Both the position numbers and the translations under genes were made by a program. 59,825 nucleotides of DNA. Origin: Candidatus Falkowbacteria bacterium (GTDB lineage Bacteria; Patescibacteriota; Patescibacteriia; Patescibacteriales; UBA12465). Location of the stretch: assembly GCA_903847415.1 (NCBI GenBank), contig CAINDR010000054.1, positions 1 to 59,825 of the forward strand. The letters are read 5' to 3'. A model generated the notes under the pieces. It made no database searches, was not told the DNA's origin, and saw only the letters and a program-made list of their open reading frames with translations. Positions 29,158 to 38,194 of this stretch are shown here, in pieces (the stretch's first letter is position 1; each line of letters opens with the position of its first letter).

Positions 29158-31011
29158 TTATTTCACGAGCTGATCAGTTTCCAAATTAAGAACTTTTCTA
29201 CCCTGTTGAGGTGAATTAAAGATAGCACTTTCAATCCGACTACCACTTTGTCTTTGCCAATAAAGTTCATATTTCCCTGCCTGATACTGTTCAAATATTG
29301 TATTCGGCAAACGATATTTTAAGGTTATTTCCCCGCTTTGTTGAGTATCTACCATTAGAAAGAAGCCGAAAATAGTTTTATTTAAAACTTTATCCTCAAT
29401 CACATCAACCTTGCTCGCAGCCCCATTAAGACTGATTAAGGTGCTGCCAAGAGGAGCCAAAACTCTCGTGTAGCTTCTATACTTGGTTGTGCGCCAGTCT
29501 TTTTTTCCATCATGACGGTACTTTAAACTTAAATTAGCATTTAAAGTTTGATCATTGTTTTCTAAAGAATACAACCAATTTTTTCCAACAACTGCATCGC
29601 TTTTAAAGGCGGCGAGATTGGCATCAACAATCATTAAATAATCGCTACTTGGATTTTTAATTTCCCCAGCCCAACCAAAATTTTTAATTAATTCTTGTCC
29701 AGAAGAATTATTTAAATAAATTTGAATATTTTTTTCAGCTAAATTATTATTTACCAATAATATAATTTTTGAATAATCTTGAGAAGGCAAAGCAAATAAT
29801 CTCTTTTTCAGTTCTGCAAAAATATCATTAATGACTTCTTTGCGGTCCCAAGAAGAAATATTCTGTTTAACATAACTCATTTCCACTTCATATTGAAGAA
29901 GTTCTTGAAAGTTATCTCCTTTATACAAAACATTTTTAACTTTGATTGGGCCAACCAAATCAATTAGATCAGCAGCGAAAGAAGGGTTAATTGCGATAAC
30001 GCCATTAAAATCAAGAGGATTCTTTTGATCTAAAATTAATTCGCGACGATAGATTTCTTCAATTTGACGAGCAGAACTTGGCCAATCTGGTGACCAATTA
30101 GCATCACGCAAAAACCAACGATTAACTTTTAGATAATCTTTCAAAGGAGCTGGTGGGTAGATATCCAGAGTATCCTTGACTGGCATATCGAGATGATAAA
30201 CATCTTCGGCAAAAAAACTTTTTAAGGCGCCATTTTGAACTTCTAAAATTCCATAAGTCCCCAGAAAGCCGCCGGTCGGTCTTAACTCGTCGTTGTTTTG
30301 AAGCATAATCAAAAATCTTGCTGGCTCAGGGCTACCAACAAAATAACCAGACAACTCAGTAATCGGAATCACTGAGCTTAGGAGATAATTGGCTTCGGTT
30401 AGTTTTTGATCAATATCTTTAATCTGTGAAGTAAGTGGCAATAAAATCCCAATTTCATGAATTTTTTCAATATTTAAGCGAGCAAGATTTAAATCGGCTT
30501 TGATACCATTCAACTCTGGAGCGCTTTCTTTGGCTAAACGAAACAAATCCTGTTTTTTCTGATCAGATAAGTTATTAAAATCTCCAGATGCTGAAGAAGA
30601 AATAACTGTTTGAAAGCGGTCAGCGAGCAATGATCCATTAACAATCGCTCGACTCAGAATCTCTCCTGTTTTTGTTAAATAGTTCAAATCATCAATTTGA
30701 TTGCGATATACAAAAAAATTTTTCATCCACGGTTTTTCAGAAATTACTTGTAAATCTTGCCCGGCTTGAATAAAATTTTCTTGTGCTTTTTCTGCCTGCT
30801 TAGCGGCGGTTTTAAAATCTTTACTTTTGACCGCATTAACTGCCTCATTAATCTCCGTCTTTGCACTCATTTCTGCAACAAAGAAAGATCGAAAACGATT
30901 AATTGTTGGGAGAAAAAATAATAAAAATAAAATAAAAACTCCAACCAAGATCCAGGAAGCAGTTTTTAGTAATAATAAGATTATTTTGATACTATTTTGG
31001 CGCCAGGGCAT
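29158..31011 (-). CDS. DUF4012-domain protein
   Basis: LQNNDELRPTGGFLG, RDANWSPDWP, DANLAAFKSD, YTRVLAPLGS. Confidence 0.85.
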   Translation of the reverse strand: MPWRQNSIKIILLLLKTASWILVGVFILFLLFFLPTINRFRSFFVAEMSAKTEINEAVNAVKSKDFKTAAKQAEKAQENFIQAGQDLQVISEKPWMKNFFVYRNQIDDLNYLTKTGEILSRAIVNGSLLADRFQTVISSSASGDFNNLSDQKKQDLFRLAKESAPELNGIKADLNLARLNIEKIHEIGILLPLTSQIKDIDQKLTEANYLLSSVIPITELSGYFVGSPEPARFLIMLQNNDELRPTGGFLGTYGILEVQNGALKSFFAEDVYHLDMPVKDTLDIYPPAPLKDYLKVNRWFLRDANWSPDWPSSARQIEEIYRRELILDQKNPLDFNGVIAINPSFAADLIDLVGPIKVKNVLYKGDNFQELLQYEVEMSYVKQNISSWDRKEVINDIFAELKKRLFALPSQDYSKIILLVNNNLAEKNIQIYLNNSSGQELIKNFGWAGEIKNPSSDYLMIVDANLAAFKSDAVVGKNWLYSLENNDQTLNANLSLKYRHDGKKDWRTTKYRSYTRVLAPLGSTLISLNGAASKVDVIEDKVLNKTIFGFFLMVDTQQSGEITLKYRLPNTIFEQYQAGKYELYWQRQSGSRIESAIFNSPQQGRKVLNLETDQLVK

Positions 31012-31017
31012 AATTTT

Positions 31018-31638
31018 TTATTTAACTTTCCCCTTATTAATTGCGATTTCATCATCAACTAAAACAATTTTTTTGCCATGAATAATATTGTAAATAAAGA
31101 AATCAGCGATATCTACTCGATAACGATATTCACGATAATCCATGATGGTATAATTTAATTCACGGCCCAAATCTTCTTCCAATTCACTAATTAAGGGAAT
31201 AATTTTTTCTCGATTAAATCGACCAACTAATAAAATATCGGTTTGTGATTTTGAATTATTGGCCAGAGTGCCACTTAAAATTAATACTTTTGGTGAACAG
31301 GCATTTTTTAATTTTTGGACGAATTCATTGCTAGAAAGAATTTGAGATTTTACGACTAACGATTTAATCTCCGGAAAAAGAACAAAATCTTGATCAACAT
31401 GATAATATTTTTTATCAGTTTTATTTCTTTCTTGATCTTCTTGAGTTGGCAGGTCACGATGCTCATCAGCGATTAACAAGCCAAAAGACTGAAGATTTTC
31501 CAGTTCTCTTCTTACTGAATTGACTTGCATTTTTAAATCACGAGCAAGTTGGCGAAGATAAAATTTTTCATTCTGATTAAGAACAAATACTTTTAAGAGC
31601 TTCACTCTTGCTTGAGATCCAAATAACTTAGTTAGCAT
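31018..31638 (-). CDS. winged-HTH plus degenerate nucleotidyltransferase-like protein (putative regulator)
   Basis: LFGSQARVKLL..FYLRQLAR..VRRELENL HTH; SG......TDILLVG and GRELNY. Confidence 0.7.
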   Translation of the reverse strand: MLTKLFGSQARVKLLKVFVLNQNEKFYLRQLARDLKMQVNSVRRELENLQSFGLLIADEHRDLPTQEDQERNKTDKKYYHVDQDFVLFPEIKSLVVKSQILSSNEFVQKLKNACSPKVLILSGTLANNSKSQTDILLVGRFNREKIIPLISELEEDLGRELNYTIMDYREYRYRVDIADFFIYNIIHGKKIVLVDDEIAINKGKVK

Positions 31639-31726
31639 TTATTTATTCACTGCTTTGTTGTATAATAATGATATAACAAGAGACCAAAAGCGTCAAACTA
31701 AAAATTTATCAAGACTAACATTTTTT

Positions 31727-33991
31727 ATGTATAAAATTGCTCCATTAATTCTTAATTCTGGGAAAAAAACTGGTGGTGCTGGCCAAATCTTTATCGCTCA
31801 ACCAGATGCACTCAAAGAAGATTTAGCTGGCAAGCTCTTTATCCTTTTTGAAGCAAAAGGAAAAAGTAGTGATTTAAGTCAAGTTGCTGATTTCTTGGTT
31901 GCTAATTTAAATTATTATTATTACGAAAACGAAAAATTATCTTTGCTCGGCAAGATGAAGGATCTGAAACCAGCAAATATTTTTGAAAATGCTCTCGCAA
32001 AAACCAACTCAGAGTTCTGGGAGTGGATTAATAAAGAAAAATTATCCTTCAATCCTCTCAATGCTAGCATCACCGCCGGGATTGTTTTGGAGCAAGAAAT
32101 TCATTTTTCATCTTTTGGAAGCAATAAGATCCAATTAGTTTTTAAAAAAAATGGTGACTATGGTTTAGTCGATTTATTAAAAAATGAGCCAGAAATCGAA
32201 GGTTTTGGAAATAAAATATTTTCTTCAGTAGTCAGTGGAGAGCTTCCACCAGACTCTTCTTTTGTTTTATCCAATGAAGCTTTTTTGGAATACATCAATA
32301 AAAGTGAATTAAAAGATATTATTTCTAAGCTACCACCGATTAGCGCCTCTGAACAATTAAAAAATATCCTCATGGGCGCAAACTCTTTTGTCCCCTTTTT
32401 GGCGATTATCATTAAAAGCGCAAAGATAGGCAGTGAAAATCGTGATGTAACTTATAGCGACTCTGCTAGTGCTCATTCTTCGATGAATAATTTGAATTAT
32501 ACCGAAGAAAAAACCGAGAGACTACTTTCGCCAATTGGTATTATTAATTTTAAAAAAAGTGCCAAAAAGCTGGGAGGATTTTTTGAAAGATTTATTCCTA
32601 GTCCTAGAAGTCCAGAATTAATTCAGAATAATTATCAAAATGAAGATCAGAGTAAGTCTCCCTTCATCTCTCCAATCAGTAATGGTCCGCAAAAAATAGG
32701 AATTTCTGGAACCATGCGGCGTAAGTCAATTCAAAATAAAAAAAATGGCACATCATTTGGGGACCTATTAAAAATGGGATTGGTAATAATTATCAGCGGA
32801 ATCAAAAAAATACCCTTAATTTTTAATCTAAATTCCTGGAAATCATTGCCAAAAAAAATAAAAACCTGGATTTTATCCCTAAACTTAAGCCAAAAAATCT
32901 TATTTTCGATAATGGTTATTGGTATTTTTATTTTGATTGGTAGCCTTTTTTCTACCGAAAGTATTAATAAATCTCGAGAAGAAAAGAAAATCAGTTTGGC
33001 AACTATTGCGGCTATTAAAGAAAAAGAAAACCAAATTGATTATTATCTCCTTTATGGCAACGAAGATGGGGCAAAAATTATCGCTCAAAAAATTAAAATG
33101 GACTTCGCTAATCTAACTCAGAAATATCAAGAGAATAAAGAAGTAAAAACTTTGCAGGAAAAATTTGCAACCCAACTGGCTAAAATAGAACATCTTAATA
33201 AAGTGGAGGCTATTGAAATTTTTGATTTTGCCAGCAATCAGCCCGGAGCGAAACCAGAAACTATTTATTTAAAAGATTTCTCTCTTTTCGCTTTTGATAG
33301 CGTGTCCAAAACTTCTTTTCTTTATGATTTAAAAAATTCAGAAGCTGCAAAAAATCAAATCACAAAATTAGATTCACCAATTTTTGGTACTAGTGATAAA
33401 ACGGGAAATGTGTTTGTGTTCAGCGGACAAAATATTGGAAAATTAAATGCGAATCAAAACTCACTAGAATTCACTCCCGTAACTCTTGAGGGACAACAAA
33501 TGATCGTTGGCTTGGATACGTTTGTTAACAAAATGTATCTGCTAGATGGAAGTAATGGTCAAATTTATCGTTACGCTCTCAAGGACGGAAAATATCAAGG
33601 CGGTGAAGCTCGTTTAAAAATTCCAGCTGGACCAGATGCTATTACCTTCACAATCGATAAGCTGTCTGATAATAGCCCGATATTCTTAGTTAAAAAGAAT
33701 GGTGAAATTCAAAAATACTTAAACGGCGAAAAACAATCCTTCACTTCTGATTCCCTGTTCCCTGGCTCTGAGGGGATTTCTAAAATTATTTTAAATAATA
33801 ACAATCTTTACTTAGTAGATCGGCAGGAGAAAAGAATTATTGTTTTTGCTTTAGACGCTGGAAAAACGAGAGCAAAATTTAAAGCTCAATATCAATTCAC
33901 AAATTTATCCGAATTACGTGATGCGACAATCGGCGGAAATACTGCTTATCTACTAAGTGGTAGTAAAATTTATCGAGCGGAATTGAAATAA
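31727..33991 (+). CDS. large membrane protein: degenerate PP2C-like N-domain, TM, extracellular beta-propeller
   Basis: ORF 31655-33991; in-frame ATG at 31727 preferred as start. Domain calls come from pattern only. Confidence 0.6.
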   Translation: MYKIAPLILNSGKKTGGAGQIFIAQPDALKEDLAGKLFILFEAKGKSSDLSQVADFLVANLNYYYYENEKLSLLGKMKDLKPANIFENALAKTNSEFWEWINKEKLSFNPLNASITAGIVLEQEIHFSSFGSNKIQLVFKKNGDYGLVDLLKNEPEIEGFGNKIFSSVVSGELPPDSSFVLSNEAFLEYINKSELKDIISKLPPISASEQLKNILMGANSFVPFLAIIIKSAKIGSENRDVTYSDSASAHSSMNNLNYTEEKTERLLSPIGIINFKKSAKKLGGFFERFIPSPRSPELIQNNYQNEDQSKSPFISPISNGPQKIGISGTMRRKSIQNKKNGTSFGDLLKMGLVIIISGIKKIPLIFNLNSWKSLPKKIKTWILSLNLSQKILFSIMVIGIFILIGSLFSTESINKSREEKKISLATIAAIKEKENQIDYYLLYGNEDGAKIIAQKIKMDFANLTQKYQENKEVKTLQEKFATQLAKIEHLNKVEAIEIFDFASNQPGAKPETIYLKDFSLFAFDSVSKTSFLYDLKNSEAAKNQITKLDSPIFGTSDKTGNVFVFSGQNIGKLNANQNSLEFTPVTLEGQQMIVGLDTFVNKMYLLDGSNGQIYRYALKDGKYQGGEARLKIPAGPDAITFTIDKLSDNSPIFLVKKNGEIQKYLNGEKQSFTSDSLFPGSEGISKIILNNNNLYLVDRQEKRIIVFALDAGKTRAKFKAQYQFTNLSELRDATIGGNTAYLLSGSKIYRAELK

Positions 33992-34014
33992 AAATAGTAA
34001 GAGTCTACCAAATA

Positions 34015-34042
34015 CAAAAAACACCCTTTCGGGTGTTTTTTG
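34015..34042. terminator. bidirectional terminator
   Basis: CAAAAAACACCC-tttc-GGGTGTTTTTTG. Confidence 0.85.
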
Positions 34043-34075
34043 TTTTGAAGTATTTTTCTAAGTGGCTTAAATAGC

Positions 34076-34477
34076 TTATTTCAAAGTTACTTTTGCACCA
34101 GCTTCTTCTAATTCTTTCTTGATTTTTTCAGCTTCTTCCTTCTTAACGCCTTCACGAACCATCTTTGGTGCAGCGTCTACTAAATCTTTAGCTTCTTTTA
34201 AGCCAAGTTCAGTCAAAGTGCGAACAACTTTAATTACATTAATTTTGCTTGCACCAGCATCAGTCAATTCGATATCAAATGTATCTTTAACTTCAGCAAC
34301 TTCAGCGCCTGCAGCAGGACCAGCAGCCATCATCATAGCTGGAGCAGAAGCAGAAACACCAAATTTTTCTTCTAAGATTTTAACTAATTCAGCTAAATCC
34401 AAAACACTCATTTTTTCGATTTCACTAACGAGGGAAGCAAATTTTGCTGGTACCTCGATTTCTTTTTTGTCTTCCAT
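34076..34477 (-). CDS. rplL: 50S ribosomal protein L7/L12
   Basis: LEEKFGVSA hinge, [30 protein letters not shown]. Confidence 0.98.
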   Translation of the reverse strand: MEDKKEIEVPAKFASLVSEIEKMSVLDLAELVKILEEKFGVSASAPAMMMAAGPAAGAEVAEVKDTFDIELTDAGASKINVIKVVRTLTELGLKEAKDLVDAAPKMVREGVKKEEAEKIKKELEEAGAKVTLK

Positions 34478-34507
34478 AGATTTAAAATTAATTTTATTTT
34501 TTATAAG

Positions 34508-35035
34508 TTAGGCTTTTTTCTCTTCAATCGCTTTTAGAACATAAACGAAATTGCGTAAATTTCCGGCTAAAGCGTTGACGAAACCGGAGATAGGCGCGTT
34601 CAAAGAACCGACCAACTTGGCATACAATTCAGTTTTGCTTGGTAATTGAGCTAAAGCGATTACTTCATCTTTGGAAAGAATTTTTCCCTCCAAAATACCA
34701 CCTAAGAAAAAAATATTTGCTTCTTTTCCTTTGGCGAAAGCATGAACTGCTTTTGCTGGCGAAACTTCATCTTCGTAAGAGAAGATTGCCGCTACTTTAC
34801 CGTCAAAACCTCTTGCATTCAAGCCTTCAATTCCCTGATTTTTGAAAGCCAAGTTCATCAAAGTCTTTTTTGCTACAAAATACTCACCATTTTCGGCGCG
34901 TAATTTTTCACGCAAAGCTTCGTTGTCCTTAACCCCCAAAGCATTGAAGCCAGCGAAAACAATTGATTTGGATTTTCCAATTTTTGCTTCCAAGCTTCGT
35001 AGAATTTCTTGCTTTTGGATTTTTGTTTTTGGCAT
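34508..35035 (-). CDS. rplJ: 50S ribosomal protein L10
   Basis: LREKLR, VAKKTL, LPSKTELYAKLVGSLNAP; directly upstream of rplL. Confidence 0.97.
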   Translation of the reverse strand: MPKTKIQKQEILRSLEAKIGKSKSIVFAGFNALGVKDNEALREKLRAENGEYFVAKKTLMNLAFKNQGIEGLNARGFDGKVAAIFSYEDEVSPAKAVHAFAKGKEANIFFLGGILEGKILSKDEVIALAQLPSKTELYAKLVGSLNAPISGFVNALAGNLRNFVYVLKAIEEKKA

Positions 35036-35059
35036 ATATATTAAGTTATATATAAATAA

Positions 35060-35156
35060 TAAAAAAGCGACCTTTCGGCCACAGAGGAAAATAAGCTAAA
35101 AATAGCTAAATTATCGCCTCGGCAAGACTTATTGATGTCGCTTGCGGTCTGTGGCT
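35060..35156 (-). promoter_or_regulatory. L10 leader with terminator/antiterminator
   Basis: Minus strand CCACAGACCGCAAG..AATAAGTCTTGCCGAGG resembles the L10-binding core. GTGGCC-GAAA-GGTCGC-T6 terminator competes with GCCACAGA/TCTGTGGC pairing. Confidence 0.8.
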
Positions 35157-35234
35157 TTGCTTCTTGTTATCTAAATAATAGCATAAATACGTTGGGTGTC
35201 AAGAGTTGAGGATATAAAAAAGGGTTAGATCTCT

Positions 35235-35963
35235 CTAACCCTTTGCGAATTTTCTTTTAGAAAAATATACTCTGGTTTTATCCAGAATATATCCAAACAA
35301 CCACCCAAAAATCATGTTATCAAATAAGTAAATTAAACTTAAAAATAAGACAACGTGGTAATCAATTCCCAAAATTAATGCTGAAAAAACATATGCTGGG
35401 ATTTGATAAAGGGATAATGAGATTCCGTCAGAAATACCTTTCACAATAAAAATAATAATTTTATCGGAAATTACAAATTGTGATAAAAGATAAAACTTAT
35501 TACTAATTAAAGCTAATTTTAAAGAAAGAAACAACACCAATCGCCTTTTAGTGGAATAAAAGAGTGAAATAGTGATTATTTCAAAAAAATCACTAATTTT
35601 TTTAAACAAATAATGAACGGAAAAGAAAAGAGCCTGATAAACAAATTGACGAAACAATTTATTGTTAATCTTTACTCTTAGCTGATCAGTCATTTTTCCA
35701 AGGAAGTAAACTCCCAATAATCTAATAAGATTATAGAGAATTCTCACTTGCCACCATTGATTTATTTCTACTTGAGCAATTAATACCTCGTAGATAATTG
35801 TGACGATGCTAGTTACTACCCCAAAAATAATAAAAGCGATTGTATCCACTTTTATTCTTTCCCAGATTTTCTGGGATCGAGATTTTATTACCGCTAAAAA
35901 AATAGCAATAATAAGAGAATCAGATCGAAAACGATCAATTAAAATTACTACTATTTTTTCCAT
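35235..35963 (-). CDS. AlaE-like L-alanine exporter with an internal insertion
   Basis: DTIAF..EVLIA..Q..R and D.IS...YQ.PAY..FGYILD..R.F match the AlaE pattern. Confidence 0.6.
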   Translation of the reverse strand: MEKIVVILIDRFRSDSLIIAIFLAVIKSRSQKIWERIKVDTIAFIIFGVVTSIVTIIYEVLIAQVEINQWWQVRILYNLIRLLGVYFLGKMTDQLRVKINNKLFRQFVYQALFFSVHYLFKKISDFFEIITISLFYSTKRRLVLFLSLKLALISNKFYLLSQFVISDKIIIFIVKGISDGISLSLYQIPAYVFSALILGIDYHVVLFLSLIYLFDNMIFGWLFGYILDKTRVYFSKRKFAKG

Positions 35964-36068
35964 TTATTTAATTTTTAATGAATTTATGCCTATTTAAAAT
36001 ACCGCTATTTTTTATTTTAGTCAAATTAAAAAGCGAACCTGTCTGATTCGCTTTAAAATATTTTCTTA

Positions 36069-36587
36069 TTATTTGGCTTCAATAATTTCTCTGCGCCTAT
36101 CCGCTAACCACGAATCCCAGGTTGCTAAATATTGAGGAAATTGCATTTTATTTTCAATAATATAATTTAGCCACTCTTCGGCTAAATCAAACTCCCCTCT
36201 TTTTAAAGCCTCCCTGAAATCACTAGTTTTTCTCATCCCAAATTTTTTAATTAATTCTTGTTGTGCCTCTTCTTTGCTTCGAATTTCTAGATTTTCTTGC
36301 TTACCAGAATTTTTTATCTCTTGGTAAATCAGAATATCGTTTTCTCTGTCTGCCAACCACGAATCCCAGGTTGCTTCATATTGAGGAAAATTTACTCTAT
36401 TTTCCACTATATAATTAAGCCAGTTCTTAGCTAATTCAAGATTTCCTTGTTGCAAGGCTACTTGAAAATCGCTAGTTTTTCTCAAACCAAATTTTTCAAT
36501 TAATTCGTCTTAAGCCTCTTCTTTGGTTCTTTTTTCCATTTCTTGATTGTTTTTGTTGTTATTAATGAATGACTGTTCGCTAATCAT
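36069..36587 (-). pseudogene. two-repeat hypothetical protein interrupted by an in-frame TAA
   Basis: ATG at 36587 gives MISEQSF..RTKEEA*DELIEKFGLRKTSDF. The second repeat reads RSKEEAQQELIKKFGMRKTSDF, so TAA at 36510-36512 replaces Gln. Confidence 0.7.
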
Positions 36588-36633
36588 AATTTTAGATTAA
36601 TTATTATTTACTATAATGATAGCACTTTTTTAA

Positions 36634-37794
36634 TTAATAAGCTTTTTTTGTTCCTCTCTTTCTTCCAAAGTTAGCAAAACGATGCGCTTCTTCCCTCACC
36701 TTCAATAATACTGGTTTAAGATTTTTAGAAAGTTCTTTGGAATTATTTTTAGTGCCCCGAGCAAAAATTAATTTATCACCACCAAATTTTGAGATACCAA
36801 CGAGTGATGGGCGTAAATTTAATTTTGCTAATTCACGTGTTAAGAAAGAGATCTGTGGTGAGCCACCATCAATCATAATCAAATCTGGCAAAGGCCATTC
36901 GGTGTGCTTAAAACGACGAATCAAAACCTCCAACAAAGCCCTTTCATCATCACCATCGTGCGCTTCTTTCAACTTAAATAAACGATACTGTGCCCGGTCA
37001 GCTTCTGCGCCAGAAAATACAACCATTGAACCATAGGCTTCTTTACCTGCTAAATGAGAGATGTCGTATCCCTCGATGCGATTCAAATGTGGAGTATCCA
37101 AATTCTCTTCCCTCATTAACAAGGAAACATCTTGTAGGTGGAGCAAGGCTTTTTCTTGAAGCGGATTCTCTTTCGCTAATTGTTTTAATAATCTGGTTCT
37201 CTCGCCAGACAATAACATTTCTAAATGTTTAATATTCTTCTGGTAATCTTTTTTATTAATCGTCCCCAAACAAGCTCCAGGACATAGTCCCACTTGATAA
37301 TCAAAACAGGCCTTACCATTTTCCGGCACACAAGTACTCCAAGGGAAAACCCGGCGAATCAAACGAAGGGCGTTGGCGATTAAAGTTTGTGATTGATATG
37401 GTCCAAAAACTTTGTATTTATCTTCTGGAAACTTCTTGAGGTCTTGGCCACGGATGATTACTGGTTTTGGATAATCACCAGGACTAATCACAACATAAAT
37501 AAATGAACGATTATCACGATCACGAACATTATACTTCGGCCAATGACTTTTAATCTCTTTTGCTTCCAGAATAATTGCCTCCAGGAGAGTTTCTGTTTCC
37601 ACCCAACGCAAATTACGAGCACTGGCCACCATTTCGGCAATGCGAGGTTCAACATTCTTCTGAAAATATTGAGAAAGCCGATTTTTGAGACTGGTCGCCC
37701 GCCCAACATAAAGAACTTCTCCCAATTCATCTAACCAAAAATAGACGCCAGGCGCTTTGGGAGCTAATTTCAGTTTTTCTTTAAGATTGGGCAT
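36634..37794 (-). CDS. uvrC: excinuclease ABC subunit C, shortened
   Basis: GIY-YIG (PGVY..LYVGRA..LKNRL), Cys cluster, RNase H-like IEGYDISH..IDGG..REEAHRFA; no HhH tail. Confidence 0.9.
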   Translation of the reverse strand: MPNLKEKLKLAPKAPGVYFWLDELGEVLYVGRATSLKNRLSQYFQKNVEPRIAEMVASARNLRWVETETLLEAIILEAKEIKSHWPKYNVRDRDNRSFIYVVISPGDYPKPVIIRGQDLKKFPEDKYKVFGPYQSQTLIANALRLIRRVFPWSTCVPENGKACFDYQVGLCPGACLGTINKKDYQKNIKHLEMLLSGERTRLLKQLAKENPLQEKALLHLQDVSLLMREENLDTPHLNRIEGYDISHLAGKEAYGSMVVFSGAEADRAQYRLFKLKEAHDGDDERALLEVLIRRFKHTEWPLPDLIMIDGGSPQISFLTRELAKLNLRPSLVGISKFGGDKLIFARGTKNNSKELSKNLKPVLLKVREEAHRFANFGRKRGTKKAY

Positions 37795-37877
37795 AATTTA
37801 CGTAAGACTTGACATATAACTATTTCTGTGATACAATTTCTTTACAATTAACAGGAATTATTTAACAAACAAAAATA

Positions 37878-38147
37878 GTGATGAGAAACACGATTTTAGT
37901 ATTAGTATTTGGACTAATTATTAGCGCAACAATATCTTCACCAATAATAGTGGACGCGCTGACTCATGGAAAAACAATGGTTGTAGTAAAAAATGATAAA
38001 GGTTATTTAAACCTCATAGAACTTACTCCGGCTGTCAGAGACTTGCCAATCGGTTCAAGAATATCATTCCATCCGCAAGACAATTATTATTGCGGCTACA
38101 GTGAATCATCTGAAGAAAAAGGAGAAATTATTGAAATTAGAAAATAA
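37878..38147 (+). CDS. small exported hypothetical protein
   Basis: Signal-like N-terminus, own TTGACA..TACAAT promoter and a downstream hairpin. Confidence 0.55.
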   Translation: MMRNTILVLVFGLIISATISSPIIVDALTHGKTMVVVKNDKGYLNLIELTPAVRDLPIGSRISFHPQDNYYCGYSESSEEKGEIIEIRK

Positions 38148-38194
38148 TTATTTCTTAACTAAAAGAGTAAAGGAGACTCAAAAAGTCTCTTTTT

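Noticed and set aside
36510..36512. Stop-codon reassignment (TAA read as Gln)
   Set aside because: TAA terminates most conserved genes in the window (serS, dnaX, rplL), so this is a local lesion.
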